From NCBI GenBank assembly GCA_000708835.1, contig DF237029.1, forward strand, positions 148,658 to 212,657: 64,000 nucleotides of DNA, in the 5' to 3' direction. Of the stretch, positions 1 through 11,944 are shown piece after piece. The position numbers were made by a program, and so were the translations under genes. Below the pieces are notes generated by a model. The model did not search any database. It was not told the origin of the DNA and saw only the letters and a list, made by a program, of their open reading frames with translations. This DNA comes from Klebsormidium nitens. Lineage: Eukaryota; Plantae; Klebsormidiophyceae. The stretch's first letter is position 1. Every line of letters starts with the position of its first letter.

Positions 1-1
1 C

Positions 2-295
2 CCCCAACAGGGTTACCAGCAAACCCCCCCGCAGGGTTACCAGCAACCAAGCCCCCAGGAGTACCAGCAAACCACCCCTCAAGGGTTCCAGCAAACATCT
101 TCACAGGGTTACCCGCAAACCCCTGCTCAAGGGTACCAGCAGCCATCTCCGCAAGGTTACGGGGAGACCTCCCCACAGGGTTACCAGCAAACCGCCCCTC
201 AACAACCTGCAGCGCAGGTTTACCAGCAACCCGCCCCCCAGGTTTACCAGCAAACCTCCCCCCAGGGTTACCAGCAAACCGGGCAGCCTGGTTAC
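2..295 (+). repeat. Coding 24-bp degenerate tandem repeat encoding PQGYQQT(S/P)-type octapeptides, about 11 units visible
   Basis: Recurrent cagggttaccagcaaacc. Translation from position 2: PQQGYQQTP PQGYQQPS PQEYQQTT PQGFQQTS SQGYPQTP AQGYQQPS PQGYGETS PQGYQQTA ... AQVYQQPA PQVYQQTS PQGYQQTG. Confidence 0.9.
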
Positions 296-2831
296 ATGCA
301 ACCAAGTCAAGTAGTCTCGCCTCAGTCCCCCAAGCCGCCAACTCAGCCAAGTTACGAGCAAACCCCTCAGCCTGCCTACGCCCCTGCTGCAAAGTCCATG
401 TACCAGCCCCAAGCGCAGCCCGTCTCGCCGCCGGCTTGTCAGCCACCCCCTCAGCCAGCTCCACAAACGTTTCCCGAGCCAGTCGTCCAGTCGGTTTACT
501 CGTCAGAGAGTCAGCCGACTCACCAGCCCGTGGCCGTGCAACCAGTTCACGTTCAGTCGCCCCCTCAAGCAGTTTCCCCCGCACTGGCCCCCACCGCGCA
601 AACGGCGGATGTCGCCCAACCTGTCATACATCAACCCCCAGCGGTTGTGAACCCTCTCCCCTCTTCCCCGGAACCGGGCCTAGACGCCTACCTCGAAGCG
701 CAGCTCAAGATCGCGCAGTCGCCCCCTTCGTCAGCAGGCAGTGCGCGTCGGCCCGGCTCGTTACCATACAGCACGTCCAATCTCAGCACCCAGTCTGCGG
801 ACGGCCAGGCTGCGAACCCGCTCGGACAGAGGGCATCGTCCGACGGTCCGGGGGCGGGGGAAACATTGAGGGGCATCGCACAGGAGCAGAGGGCCCCCTC
901 AAACGGGAATCCTCAGGCCGCGTATGCAAACCCCGCTCAAAACCCAACCGCTGGGTTCTCCCCTGACGGGAATGACAAGCAGCTGTCTCCCCCTGCTCGC
1001 TCTCCCCCCCCGCGGCCTTTGCAGTCTCCGCCTCCGGGAAAATTGCAGTCCTTCGCTTGGGAGTACGTCTCGCCCCCGGGGGGGCAGGCTCTCCCCTCGG
1101 AAAATCTCCAGTCCCGCGCCTGGGAGTACGTCTCGCCCCCGGGGGGGCAAGCTCCGGTCGAGCCGCCACCGCCAAATGTCATGCCACCGGTGCCAGCCGC
1201 CCGCGTGAGCCCCCCCCCAGCCTTTGGCCCCGCTTCGGTTGCCCACTCCACGCCAGTTTTCCACTTTGACCGACCCACTCAACCCCCGCCAATGTCCCCC
1301 CCTCCGCAACTCAACCAAGCCTCACCGTTTGTCAACTCGCAACCAGACCCCCGACACGAAGCAAACATCATCTCCCCTGGGGGGCCAACTCCGTACCTGC
1401 CGCAGGCCCCCCCTCCTCCGCTTCACGCTTTCACACCGCAGCCAGCGCCAGTTACCCCCCCTCAACGTGGAATTTACTCCCAGTCTAGCGACCAGTCGTC
1501 CCTAACCTCCTTCTCTTCCGCCGGAACCGGGCCCGTTAACACCGCCCCCCAGCAGTGGCAGCCGGACCCCATGCTGGCCCCCGCGGCAATGTGGGTGAAT
1601 GGGCACCGGCTGACGGAGGAGCTGACGTCAGCGGCGGAGGTCCTGGCGGGGCCGATCGAGCGGGGCGGGTTCTACTGGTACGACCCCTTGGCGGGCTTCT
1701 GGGGGGAGTACGGGAAGCCGTGCCAGGGGATCCTGCCGGTGAGTCAACGGGTTGGGTTAGCCGCTTATCCGGAAATGACAGAGCTTGCTCGCACAGTCAG
1801 CCTGATCCTGAAAGCCTTCAAAACAAACGAGTCCGAACCATTCTCGTGTTGACTTCGTACCTTGGACAAGGCTCTGAGACGTTAGCCGCAAACAATTTCG
1901 CTGATGCTACCTTTGAGGAGAGGAAACGAAGTTTGGGCAGAGGAACAGATTTTAGCAAATTATAGCAGAGTAACAAACGAACGCCGCCCCGTCTGTGCAG
2001 CCGGGCATTCCGGAGTTCGACTTTCCGCTGCCGCCCGACGCCGCGGGCGGCACCACCGGGATCTACGTCAACGGGCGCCAGCTGGCAGCTCGTGACTTGG
2101 CGATGCTGCGGCAGAGGAAGTTTCCGCAGAAGGAGCGGAAACGGTACACGCTGGACATTGGGGGGACGCTTAAGGACGAGGAGACCGGGAAACTGGTGAG
2201 CGGCCGTTTCTGTGAAACGTGCGGGAACAGTTTGTCGGGGCTTCGTTCAGTCTGGGAGATGACTTGATTCTTCGCCTGTTTCGCTTGCACACCGTTGTGC
2301 ATGCGAAAGTGGGTCAAAGAGAGATTCTGTGATTGTCGCCCAAAAACCTCGTCACAGTTGACATATTTGTTTTTAGCGCGGACTGCGTGATGGAGCAGTG
2401 TAAGGGTAGCCTGACATTATTAGCGCGCAGAGTCGACTTGGGCGGGGCGGGACCATTCTGTGGCCGTTTGAGTACCGCAGTCCTCAATCTATTCCAAAAT
2501 CAGAAGAAAAGGAAGACAGCATTGGTCACTCATGCTGCGATCAAGCGGCTTTGGTCGACTAGCCTAAGCACCTTTCCCCTCATTTTTCTGTTTCTGCCTC
2601 TGCTTTCATCTGGGCCGTCGGATCCGCAATCGCACGGTGGCGCTGCCTGGACTTACCGATTTCCGGGCACCGTGTCAGGTGATCGAGCTGGGCAAGCTGG
2701 CGCAGAGCGTGGAGGAGAGCGGCGTCGGGAAGGGCATGAAGAAGGCGCAGTTTGCGCCGCCCCCGCCGCCAGTGCAGGCGAAGCCCAAAGGGAAGGGCTG
2801 GGGCGACCTGCGGACCATGCTCCAAAAGTGA
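2..2831 (+). CDS. EDR4-like protein (Pro/Gln-rich N-terminal region plus the C-terminal domain shared by EDR4 and the N-terminus of extra-large G proteins); 5'-truncated by the window edge
   Basis: Frame is open from position 2. Exons <2-1738, 2001-2195, 2679-2831, all phase 0 with GT-AG ends. The joined C-terminus MWVNGHRL..AEVLAGPIERGGFYWYDPLAGFWGEYGKPCQGILP|PGIPEFDFPLPPDAAGGTTGIYVNGRQL..DL..L..RYTLDIGGTLKDEETGKL|VIELGKLAQSVEESGVGKGM matches the recalled EDR4 C-terminal pattern (VNG..AEKLAGPI.PG.YWYD.RAGFWG..G.PCLGIIPP.IEEF.YP.P..CAGG.TGVFVNGRELH..DL..L..GKLAP.VE...GFGM). Confidence 0.8.
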
Positions 2832-4490
2832 CCGCAGGAGCGACTGCTGTCCGCACAAATGTGGGTTTTTCCATGCTGAGCTTAGGAGGTAATGAATCGG
2901 AGAGTTTTGGCGAGACGGAATGTGGAAAAGCGCCCTCGTTCTGACAAACGGTGATTGCGGAGTTGGATCAGAGTTGTATCTGCTGCAGTATTTATTCCGA
3001 GGACTGTCCTGAGCACCTTTCACGACCACCTCATTTGGCATATGCGTCTTGGGGAGAAGACGCGTGAACCTTGTGGACTATGCCAGTTTTTGGATCGAAC
3101 CCATCATTGATAGCACGCCAATCACTTGCCATTGACGGAGAGATAGCTAATTGGTGCTCTTTCCAATTGTTGAAGAGCTTCGTACGCATGTGGCAGTGAG
3201 CTAGTTTTGAAAATATACACCGCTACTACAAATGTAGGTAGGAAGAGCAGTCGGAGACGGACCATGTTTTCACACTTTGCCGGAGGTGCGAACGACAGTT
3301 TGAAGGGCTGAATCTCCACCTCAGTCCGTCGAGGTCTTGCCATGTGACCGAACATGTGCATTGCACGTTATAAAGTTACATGCTGCATTACTGTACCGTA
3401 CACAGCTAGTATCTGTTATTCCCTTGTTCCTCATATACACCAGTACACTCGGCAACAAACACATGGCATGAGTATTTGACATATGCATATGATCCATGTC
3501 CCTTGCATATTCTAGCATGGCCACGTTAGTACCCGGGTACGGCAAATACTCACTCGAAAACTTCTGCATGATATATGCAGTCACTAGAAGCGCGCGCGTC
3601 CTAAGTTAGTAGGAAACTGAACGTTGTACCCGGTTCCCGCAACATCATGCAGTACATGCATGCGCACCGACGGTCGAATAGTGACCAACGTACGCAGCTG
3701 GCATGGTACTCGCGTTTGCTGCCATGGGGGTCATGGGCCGGCATGTCAACTGCCACATCCATAATTACTGGCCGCGACAGGTTCGATCGTCTTGCATGCA
3801 CAGAATGCCAGACGCATATAGTATATGTCTGTCGCCGGACCGTCGATCTCGGCGCGATTCAGCACGCCCGCCATCGTTTTGGCAGAGCGGCGACATGCAT
3901 CAAATCACTAAGTTTTAAACACAAACGTGTGATATGGTATAACGGTATAACCTGACCGGCCTAGCGGTCACGCCACCAGGCTCTAGTAAACTTTTCACGA
4001 TTCGAATACGCACCGTACAGATCAAGCGCGGCCGTCACTCACTATAACGTCTTGACTCCTTTATCCACTGAAGTGGTATCGCTGTTGCGCCTTGAAACTT
4101 GTGCCATGATTTGCTCGGACTGGACAATCAACCCAGCGCAGCCGCTGCAAGGCTTTTGTCTGACTCTTAGTTGCCGTTAGGCACGTCCATGTCATTATCT
4201 ACAATCGCAGCATGACAGCTGCACATTACCAGGGCAAATGTTTGCGGCAGCTGTTGCAGTCAGATTCAGTGGTGCGCGGAATCTGCTTTCAACAACCTGC
4301 GCCCGACTTACCTTTCGGAAACTGACGTTGTTAAGGTGCAGACCCTCAGTATGTTCAGTTATGTTTTGAGCCTTGAGCAAGCAAGCCGACTGCGCACTGC
4401 TCGTGCAGGACCGTTAACGTGGACTTCCGACTTAAAACATCCCCAACAAGTTTTTCATCGACAGAATTGCCGGTGAGACTTCCTGGTGCG

Positions 4491-7400
4491 TCACTCAGAG
4501 CCCTCTATTCCCCCAAAGATGACGTCAAACTCTTCGATCATGCATTGCACGGCCGCGCGAATCGCATGCTCTTCCGGCGTCGCATCATCCAGGGGTATAT
4601 GTGACGGGGTCAGCACCGCGGGCGCGTCATCATCCAGCGTCAGAACCTCTGCTTCCGCAGACAGCTGTGTTTCCAGCCCGTCAGACCCACGGGGGCTGGC
4701 GAGTTTGGAGGGGGAAGGGGAACTAGAAGGGGAGGACCGCCGGAAGCTGAAGGTGCGCAACGGGCTGTCGAGAACGACGGGGGGCCGGGGCCACACCAAG
4801 ACGGGGGCCACTTGCGTTGCGAGGTCGTGCGCGCTTAGCTGTAGGAGCGAGTCGTGGGATCGGTTAAGATTGGGGCCGGAAAAGCGAGGAGTGACCGGAA
4901 CGATCTCCCGGATTGGACGCCGAGCTCCGAAGCTGGAGAGGACTCTTAAGCTCGAAGATATATGTCTCGCTGAGAGTGGTTTCGCCCGAAGATTATGAAG
5001 AAGAATGAGAGGGCTGCCGGCATAGGTTCTAGCCGCAGCACGAGGGAGATCGACCTGATGCACGCAAGCCGGGCAGGCTACTGGCTCCCAAGTAGGAACA
5101 ATCCAGACACAAAACACCTTACACCACTTTTTTCACAGAGACCCCGTAGAAATTTAGTGCAGGCCCACGGCGGCCATCGAGACCGAGCAGGCTGCTCTAT
5201 AGTCGCCGAATCCGCAGTAACCGCTCGCTTCACCTCTCACCTTATTGACGGCGGACAAGCTGCTAATCTTGCGCAGCAGGCCGCAGAGGCACTTGAGCGT
5301 GACGGCGTTGGTTAGCGGTAACCCGGTGGCCACAAACCCGCGTATCCGGTCCACCTCGGCGCCCCCCACGAGCAGCAGTTCGTCGTACAGTTCGTACGTC
5401 AGCACGGGCTCGGGCAGCAGCTGGAAGAAGAGCAGCAGCAGGGCGGCCACGTCGATGACGTCAGTGCCCACGGGGAGGGGGGCGGCAGGGTCTGGCAGAG
5501 AGGGAGGGAAAAAAGGTTTAAAAAAGAGAAGTCTAAAATCTCGGAAGAGAGGGAGTTAGATAAAAGGAGAATTCGAAGGATAGGACTCTGGAAGAAAGGG
5601 AGGGATGAGAGTCTGGAGAAAGGGGAAACAATCCTGGACGAAAGGAAGGTATGATACTCTGAAGTAAAGGGAGGGACAGAGGTTCGGAGAAAGCGTGGCC
5701 CGAAAATGTGGGTGAAACGTGTATGCGCTTGATGCAACGAGAACTTATGGGGTCAGACGTGTGATGTTAAGAACTGGTGACCAGACAGAGAGCTGACGCG
5801 CAGCGCTTCTTAAAAGTGGGACGCAGGCCTAAGGGGGAAGACATGTGCCGCGACGGGCTTGCGAGTAGAATCTGCAAACGAGAGGCGAGGAAGGGCCGAA
5901 TTTGGAAGAAAACGCAGACGAGGCGAGGCCTGACAAAACGAGACGAGTACCGTAGTTCTGGGAACATCGAGGTGTGGGGATTTCGGGGCAAACCCTCCGA
6001 CAGTTCAGAGTTTCGTTCTTCTAAAGAAGAAATCTCGTAGTTGAAACATTCATGCAATGCGCTTGAGGAGCGGGAAAGCCCGATCTGTCAGACTTTGAGA
6101 AGCCTTCCGCACATAGTAGATCGCAAGGGGAATGCGACGACCGGCGTCTGGCATGCGACAGGGTATGTGATGATCAAGAAAGAGAGATCACGAAGGCTTA
6201 GAGGCGTCAACGAAGGGCAGCTCAAACACGGAAGATACTCGTAGTATTCCATTGCGATTTTGTTTGTGCTAAGTGGGCCGACTCACCGGTGTCGTACAAC
6301 CGGACGAGCTTCCGGATGACGTCCGGCTTGCCAGGCGTACGAAACATTCCCTCCGCTTGCAGGCCTGCAAATGCGGGTACGGAGTAAATGGTTGCGGTGC
6401 GGGCATCGTACAGAAGTTTTGAAGAACGATGAGGTACTATGGAGAATTGCTTCCGGCCCGGCTGTGGAGAAAGGGTAGACGTTCAGAATCATGCCGAAAG
6501 TAGGATATCCTATCTCGTAAATCAAATTGTAAGGGCTTTCGAAGGTTCGTTCCATCCTAACACAGGCTGAGCACCTGCAGGACACCTCTGAGAAGCGCTC
6601 CAAAACGACGTTTCGTGACATAGCTGGAACGATCCGATCAGAAGAGACGGATTGGCATACCTGAGGCAGTCAGATAATTGACGCAGCGAGTCACAACGAG
6701 CGGGATCGAGTCGGCGGTGGCGCCGGGCTTCAGCAGGAGCTGATCGAGCGCTACGCCAAACGCTGCAGAGCGGGAAAAGGCGCTGAGTGCGGGCGAAAGG
6801 AATGGCCGGGTTCCGGGCGCTTAGAGTAAGTCACAGGACACGATTCAAAAAACAGTGTAATCAGGAAGGAGGAATCGGAGAGTCTCTCAGTTAAATATCC
6901 AGGCGCAGATAGTGATAACCTCAGGATTTGCATATTGCATCGGTTTGAACGAGCTAAGAGAGCTGCGCCCCTATGCTTTGTGGCGCGTTGAGGGCCTTCA
7001 GCGGTGACTCGTTCATCTCCGCTCACTTGCCTCGCACTTTCATGAATACGGGTTGGAATGACAACCGAGGCGTCAGAATCGATTACTGTCTGACTGGCGA
7101 GAAGCTGCTCATATGATGTGGCCTGCAACTCACCTCCCTTTCCGGATGCGCCAACCTGCGAAGAAGACAACGGAATCAGGATTTTTGAAGGAGATGTGTC
7201 TAGACATCTTCTCAATCGAATCCGCCCCCAAGGAGGGCAGGTGAGCAGATTCTCGGTCCCGGCTGCGTAAGCTTATCTTTATGCGTCGGGCTCAGGTTAG
7301 CGGAGCGTGCTTTAGGCCGCTCAGTCAACTCGCAAGTTGCTGGGCGAATACTTGGCAACGGAGCAGAGGCATGACAACCTTTTCTAAGGGCAAAATCCGT

Positions 7401-8914
7401 CTGAATCAAAGAAAGCGTTCTGCATGATCCGGAACCACCGACACAAGGAGACGGGTCCACTCACTCGTTGCCGCCAGTCGAGGCGCTGCATCAATGACTT
7501 GCTCGTGAGTAACGCTCTTTGGGATCCTTGCCGCATGTTCTGAGACGAAAGGCAGTAATACTTTGAAACCCTGCCTTTCGGGCAGCCAAGCGACTCAATA
7601 AAAAGTCTGATACCCAAGTCACTCTTCTTGGTCGAGGCTGCTAGTTGTGAATGGGCTGGCCTTGAGACTGCTTTCTACATTTCCATGATTACGGTCAGCG
7701 CAGAACAAGGATAATGAGGACATGTCTTGGGCAGGCAGATTTCACTCAAAAAACCACTGCAACGCAGAATAGGTAACCAATAAAAAGGAGATACCGGGAT
7801 TATTGGTATCCTTGGCTTCCACGTCCAATGACTCAGTCGTTGTCCAACTTGCCCCCACAGTCCTATCGACACGAACATGAGATACTGACCTCATAATCAT
7901 GATGGAAAAGACCCAGTACAATAGTCGCACCTTCCATCTGGACGACTCGATGCTCCGTATCAAAATGACATATGAGACAACCGTTACTCGGGAAGTTGAG
8001 TATTTTGTTGCGAGTAGGGCACGTGTCTCAAGATCATGTGGACAAGTGACACGGAGCTCCTGTCTCCACAATACACGTGTGGATAAAAGATGCAAGATTT
8101 GATGCTTCTTAGGCCGTTGCAGAAGTCAGCACAAAGGGACAGACTCCAGTGGCGGAGACTCCTCAATACAGGTCGAGTTTTTCACGGGTCACCTGAAAGG
8201 TGCAAAGTGCACAGAATGGGGCTTACTTGTCCCATCTTCCCCCCCATAACCTTCTCCTTTGTATCCGACAGCCCCTGGGATACTTTTGCTCCCCCCTCTT
8301 TGATCGCCTCACCCGCTGCAGCCAGCTTGGCCGCTATGCCGGGCTTGTACTTCTCCTTCCAATTGCCACTGAAGTTGGTCATGCCACTCTTTACAGACGT
8401 CCCAGCGCTCTGGGTCGCTTCCTTCAACTTGGCCCCTGCAACCCCTTTCGACACTGGCTTTCAGACCTGGGAGATGTTCTCCATGACATTACAAGAAGGT
8501 CTGTGACATGTTATGGAGGCAAACTTCTTGAATGCAGATGCAAGATGAAGACTTCTATGTTGAACTAGAGAAATCTGAACACAGATTGTTGAAGAGCTCC
8601 TTTTTACTTGTGATCCTATGGGTTTTGTTCGCCACACGGGTAGAACTCTGTTCGAAACATGTTAATGCTTGACAGCATTGATTATGTTGCCAGCGCCTGC
8701 TGCTTCTTATCAACCGAAACAGAATAAGCATCCTACACTGCAAAGCCACGATCGCAAAACTCCAGCTACGGAAAAGCCAATGGCCACCATGCTATGATCG
8801 AGCTTCTTCTGCGAAAGTGAACAAAAAGACTGCGCGCCTTCAATCATGAGCACTCTGAAAAGGAAAGTTCAACTTACCAGACGCTGCCAGTCTCTCCTTC
8901 CACGGCACTGACAT
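4491..8914 (-). CDS. Rho GTPase-activating protein, At5g61530-type plant RhoGAP, 379 aa
   Basis: Exons 8914-8878, 8453-8227, 7539-7465, 7155-7134, 6762-6661, 6364-6287, 5491-5241, 4838-4491 (1140 nt, phases consistent). RhoGAP motifs FGVALDQLL..IPLVVTRCVNYL..GLQAEGMFRTPG..DVAALLLLFFQLLPEPVLTYELY..LATQVAPVLVW. The N-terminal WKERL..KLKEATQSAG and C-terminal IPLDD..AVQCMIEEFDVIF match the recalled At5g61530 sequence. Confidence 0.88.
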
Positions 8915-9783
8915 TTTCTCCAGCTCTTTTCAACAAGTTTCCAGCGCCGGCATGTGCATTTGAAGCTAATTGCCAACCTCCTGAGCACACTTTCTGTAGA
9001 TTGCTTGCTTTGTACTTTGATTGGGCACCAGGAGGGAAGTAACTTAGTAAGCAGCTAGAGCAGCTAGAGCAGCACCTCATATGATTCTAGATGGAAGAGA
9101 TCCTGTCAGGGTGGCAATGAAACGCTCATCACGAGACAACAGATACTAGGTAGGCTTTGATTGCACGAGCTAGAAAATTGCGCAATTTACGAATTGTTTT
9201 CGAATGCAACAAATATCAATCCAATTACGAAAATCACAAATTAATAGCAGCGGCGTTCCGCCGCCGGCGGCGTTCCGCCCGTCCAATTGCCGTTTTTCTA
9301 AATCTGATAATGCTTCAAGTCAACCTGGATGCAGTCCGTCGGTTGCGCGATCCGGTTAAAAACCGGCAATACTATGGCAGCACCGTTGTCAAACGCATCG
9401 AAGACGATAAAGAAAGCCAATCTGAAGTGGTGAACAATGCTTGCCTGTAGGTACCCGAAACTTTTAACTTCTAAAGTAGGTAGCCAACAGCTGGAGGTGG
9501 CGGCTGGCAAGGGTGCCTGATTGAGGTTACATAGTGGTTGTAACTGCAGCAGCAAGCTTAGATTCTAGAAGGCCAAGAGGCACACGTCCCTTGTAGCTAG
9601 CAAGTCTCTTATATTATGTAAAGGCGCAGCGCTCTAATCATTGACCACCGGACTCCTGCCTGCAAGTGCCAGTGCCCGCCACCGGTGCAATTCGATTCAG
9701 GACGAAGCAGGTTGGCTGTGTCGCTGGCAGAATTGACGTGATTGTAACAAGCTGAGGCTGTCGGGCTGCCCTGCAGCTCGCTA

Positions 9784-11004
9784 ATGGCTGCAGGGTGGGC
9801 CCAGAATGTAAAAGCCCTGGCGTCCAAGCTCAGATCCCAGTGGATAGATGGCAAGTGGATTGCTCCCAAAATCAAGGCCAGGGAAGCCGCCAAGCTGAAG
9901 CGGGAAACACTCCTCTCGGGCAGGTAATGTTAGAACCAGCTGCTCGGAGGTTGGCGGGCCTCGTCGTAAAGTGAGGTTTTTCGAGACGAGTTGCTTGCAA
10001 GCTGCACCAGAAGCAGCAATAGTAAGTGTGGTGTGTTGAGAACTTGGTATCAGGTGGTGGTGTTTTTGCGATGCTACAAGAGGACCGATTCTCCATGTGC
10101 CTTGCTGAGGCCTGTTGGTGGCCGCCTGCAGAGAATGGCCTCACGATCCCCCCCGGAAGGAAATGAAGAATATAATGAAGGGCCACAAACACGACAGGAT
10201 CGCTGCGGAGCGGTAAGTGTTTCACCAACGAAGCGTCAGCAGCATGGTGGAGTGCCGTGACTGCGATATTGAGCTTCTGTCTGCTGACATGGAAGATTCT
10301 CAGGGCCTTTTATCACGTCAGTGAGAGCTGCTTCTTTTGTATGACGTTCTTCCTCGCGGTATACTGTTTCCGTTGGAGGGCACAGACGGTCCTTTTTCAG
10401 CTTCTTATCCCACAAACCAGTGTGGTCCAATTGCACTCTAAATTAAGCAGGCTCGAAGGGGGTGGGCCTGCAATCGTGGTCTGCTTGTAGACCCATTCTA
10501 GCGTGGTCTGCTTGCAGACCTACTCTAGTTTGCATCTGGAGCCGCATGTTTACACTTCGTCAATGTGCAGGCGGAAGAAGATTGAAGAAACCATGGCCAG
10601 GATGCCACAGATCATCGCAGACTTTAAGGTACCTGTCTCAACTGCAACTGCCCTTCCTTTTGATTGAAGATCGCAGGCATCATCTTTTTCCCCTCAAGGC
10701 AAAGGCCGACTTTCAATGAGCCATTTTCCTTGCGTAGTTGTTTCTTCGAGGGTGATAGGGCTTCGTCAGCAGCCAGAATGCTGTTGGGAACCCACAAGCG
10801 GACTGTGAATCCAAGCCCCAATGAACAAGGAATCACCAATACTCAAGCTTGTCTGCTTATCTCCGAGGTTCACAGTGTCGTCAAAACTCTTTGCCAAGCC
10901 TCGACAGAGGCAAGTTTAATGAAATGATGTACCCACTAACTTGGTCGCACTTCTTCCAGGCGAAAAAGGCTGCAGAGAAACTTAAAGCAAAGAAAAAGGA
11001 CTGA
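9784..11004 (+). CDS. mL59: Mitochondrial ribosomal protein mL59 (yeast MRPL25 family), 107 aa
   Basis: Exons 9784-9923, 10132-10212, 10571-10628, 10960-11004 (324 nt, phases 2/2/0). Product MAAGWAQ...WIDGKWIAPKIKAREAAKLKRETLLSGREWPHDPPRKEMKNIMKGHKHDRIAAERRKKIEETMARMPQIIADFKAKK... carries the mL59 signature KGHK.ER....R....M..MP..I..(W/F)K. The ORF track does not call it because the exons are short. Confidence 0.8.
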
Positions 11005-11944
11005 AGGCCTGGCGAGCGGGCTCGCCACACGGAAGTGCTCTTGGTCAGAGCCCTGCTAACATTTTTGAGAGAGTTGTGGCTTTACTTGATCGAGTTGCAG
11101 ATCATGAACCTTAGATCCAAGAGCGAACTCTCAGAACTCTGAGTATTGATCTACAGGATCAATGTACCGTCATGCACTGATTAGAACTTCCGATCAAAGC
11201 CCGCGCATGTGTAGAAAAGCCTCCCAGGTGATGTCAATGAAAACAGCAACTGATCAGTGCCAGGGTCGCATGTGGATTTGACAATGACTCATGAGGATCA
11301 ACTTCAAAGCGTCTGCTCGAGCACCGATATAGTGCGCGCAATAAGCTAGATCCGATCGTGCATGCAAGTCATATGGGCTTAGCCTTGGTGTTATGTTCAA
11401 GTTCGTACGTTAGTACTTGCCGCGCTCATATACATTGCAGTCGATTGTACGATAGCTAGTACGTGCACACCGGACACCATCCCGCGGCATGCGGTCATAT
11501 TTGCATATGCAACCTATAGTCCTGTCGTGAGCCCTCAAACGACTGCAATATACACGTGTATCAAAAACCGAATCGTAGTTAAGCCTGGATCGCTGAACTA
11601 CGCACGACAGTCACGTGCATGACTTACCGTGCAAGATCAGATCCTAGACTTGCTTTGCATATGTCAGCGATCTGACATGAGAAGATGCAAGCACTGAAAC
11701 CGTGCGCTTTCAATTGATTCAAACGCACATCAATGCACAAATCTCCGAAGTTCTTGATCTACTTTAATATCTCACGGCTTGCAATGACAAAGGGCGCCAT
11801 GCTCTGCTTCCAATACTATGTACCTGTGTAGCGGTCACCTGTACTATAAGCTAAGGGAATACGAATCACTCTGATCTCTATCTTTCCATATGATACAGAT
11901 CCTACCACAGTGATCAGCTAATCAAGGAGTCACGATCCAACATC

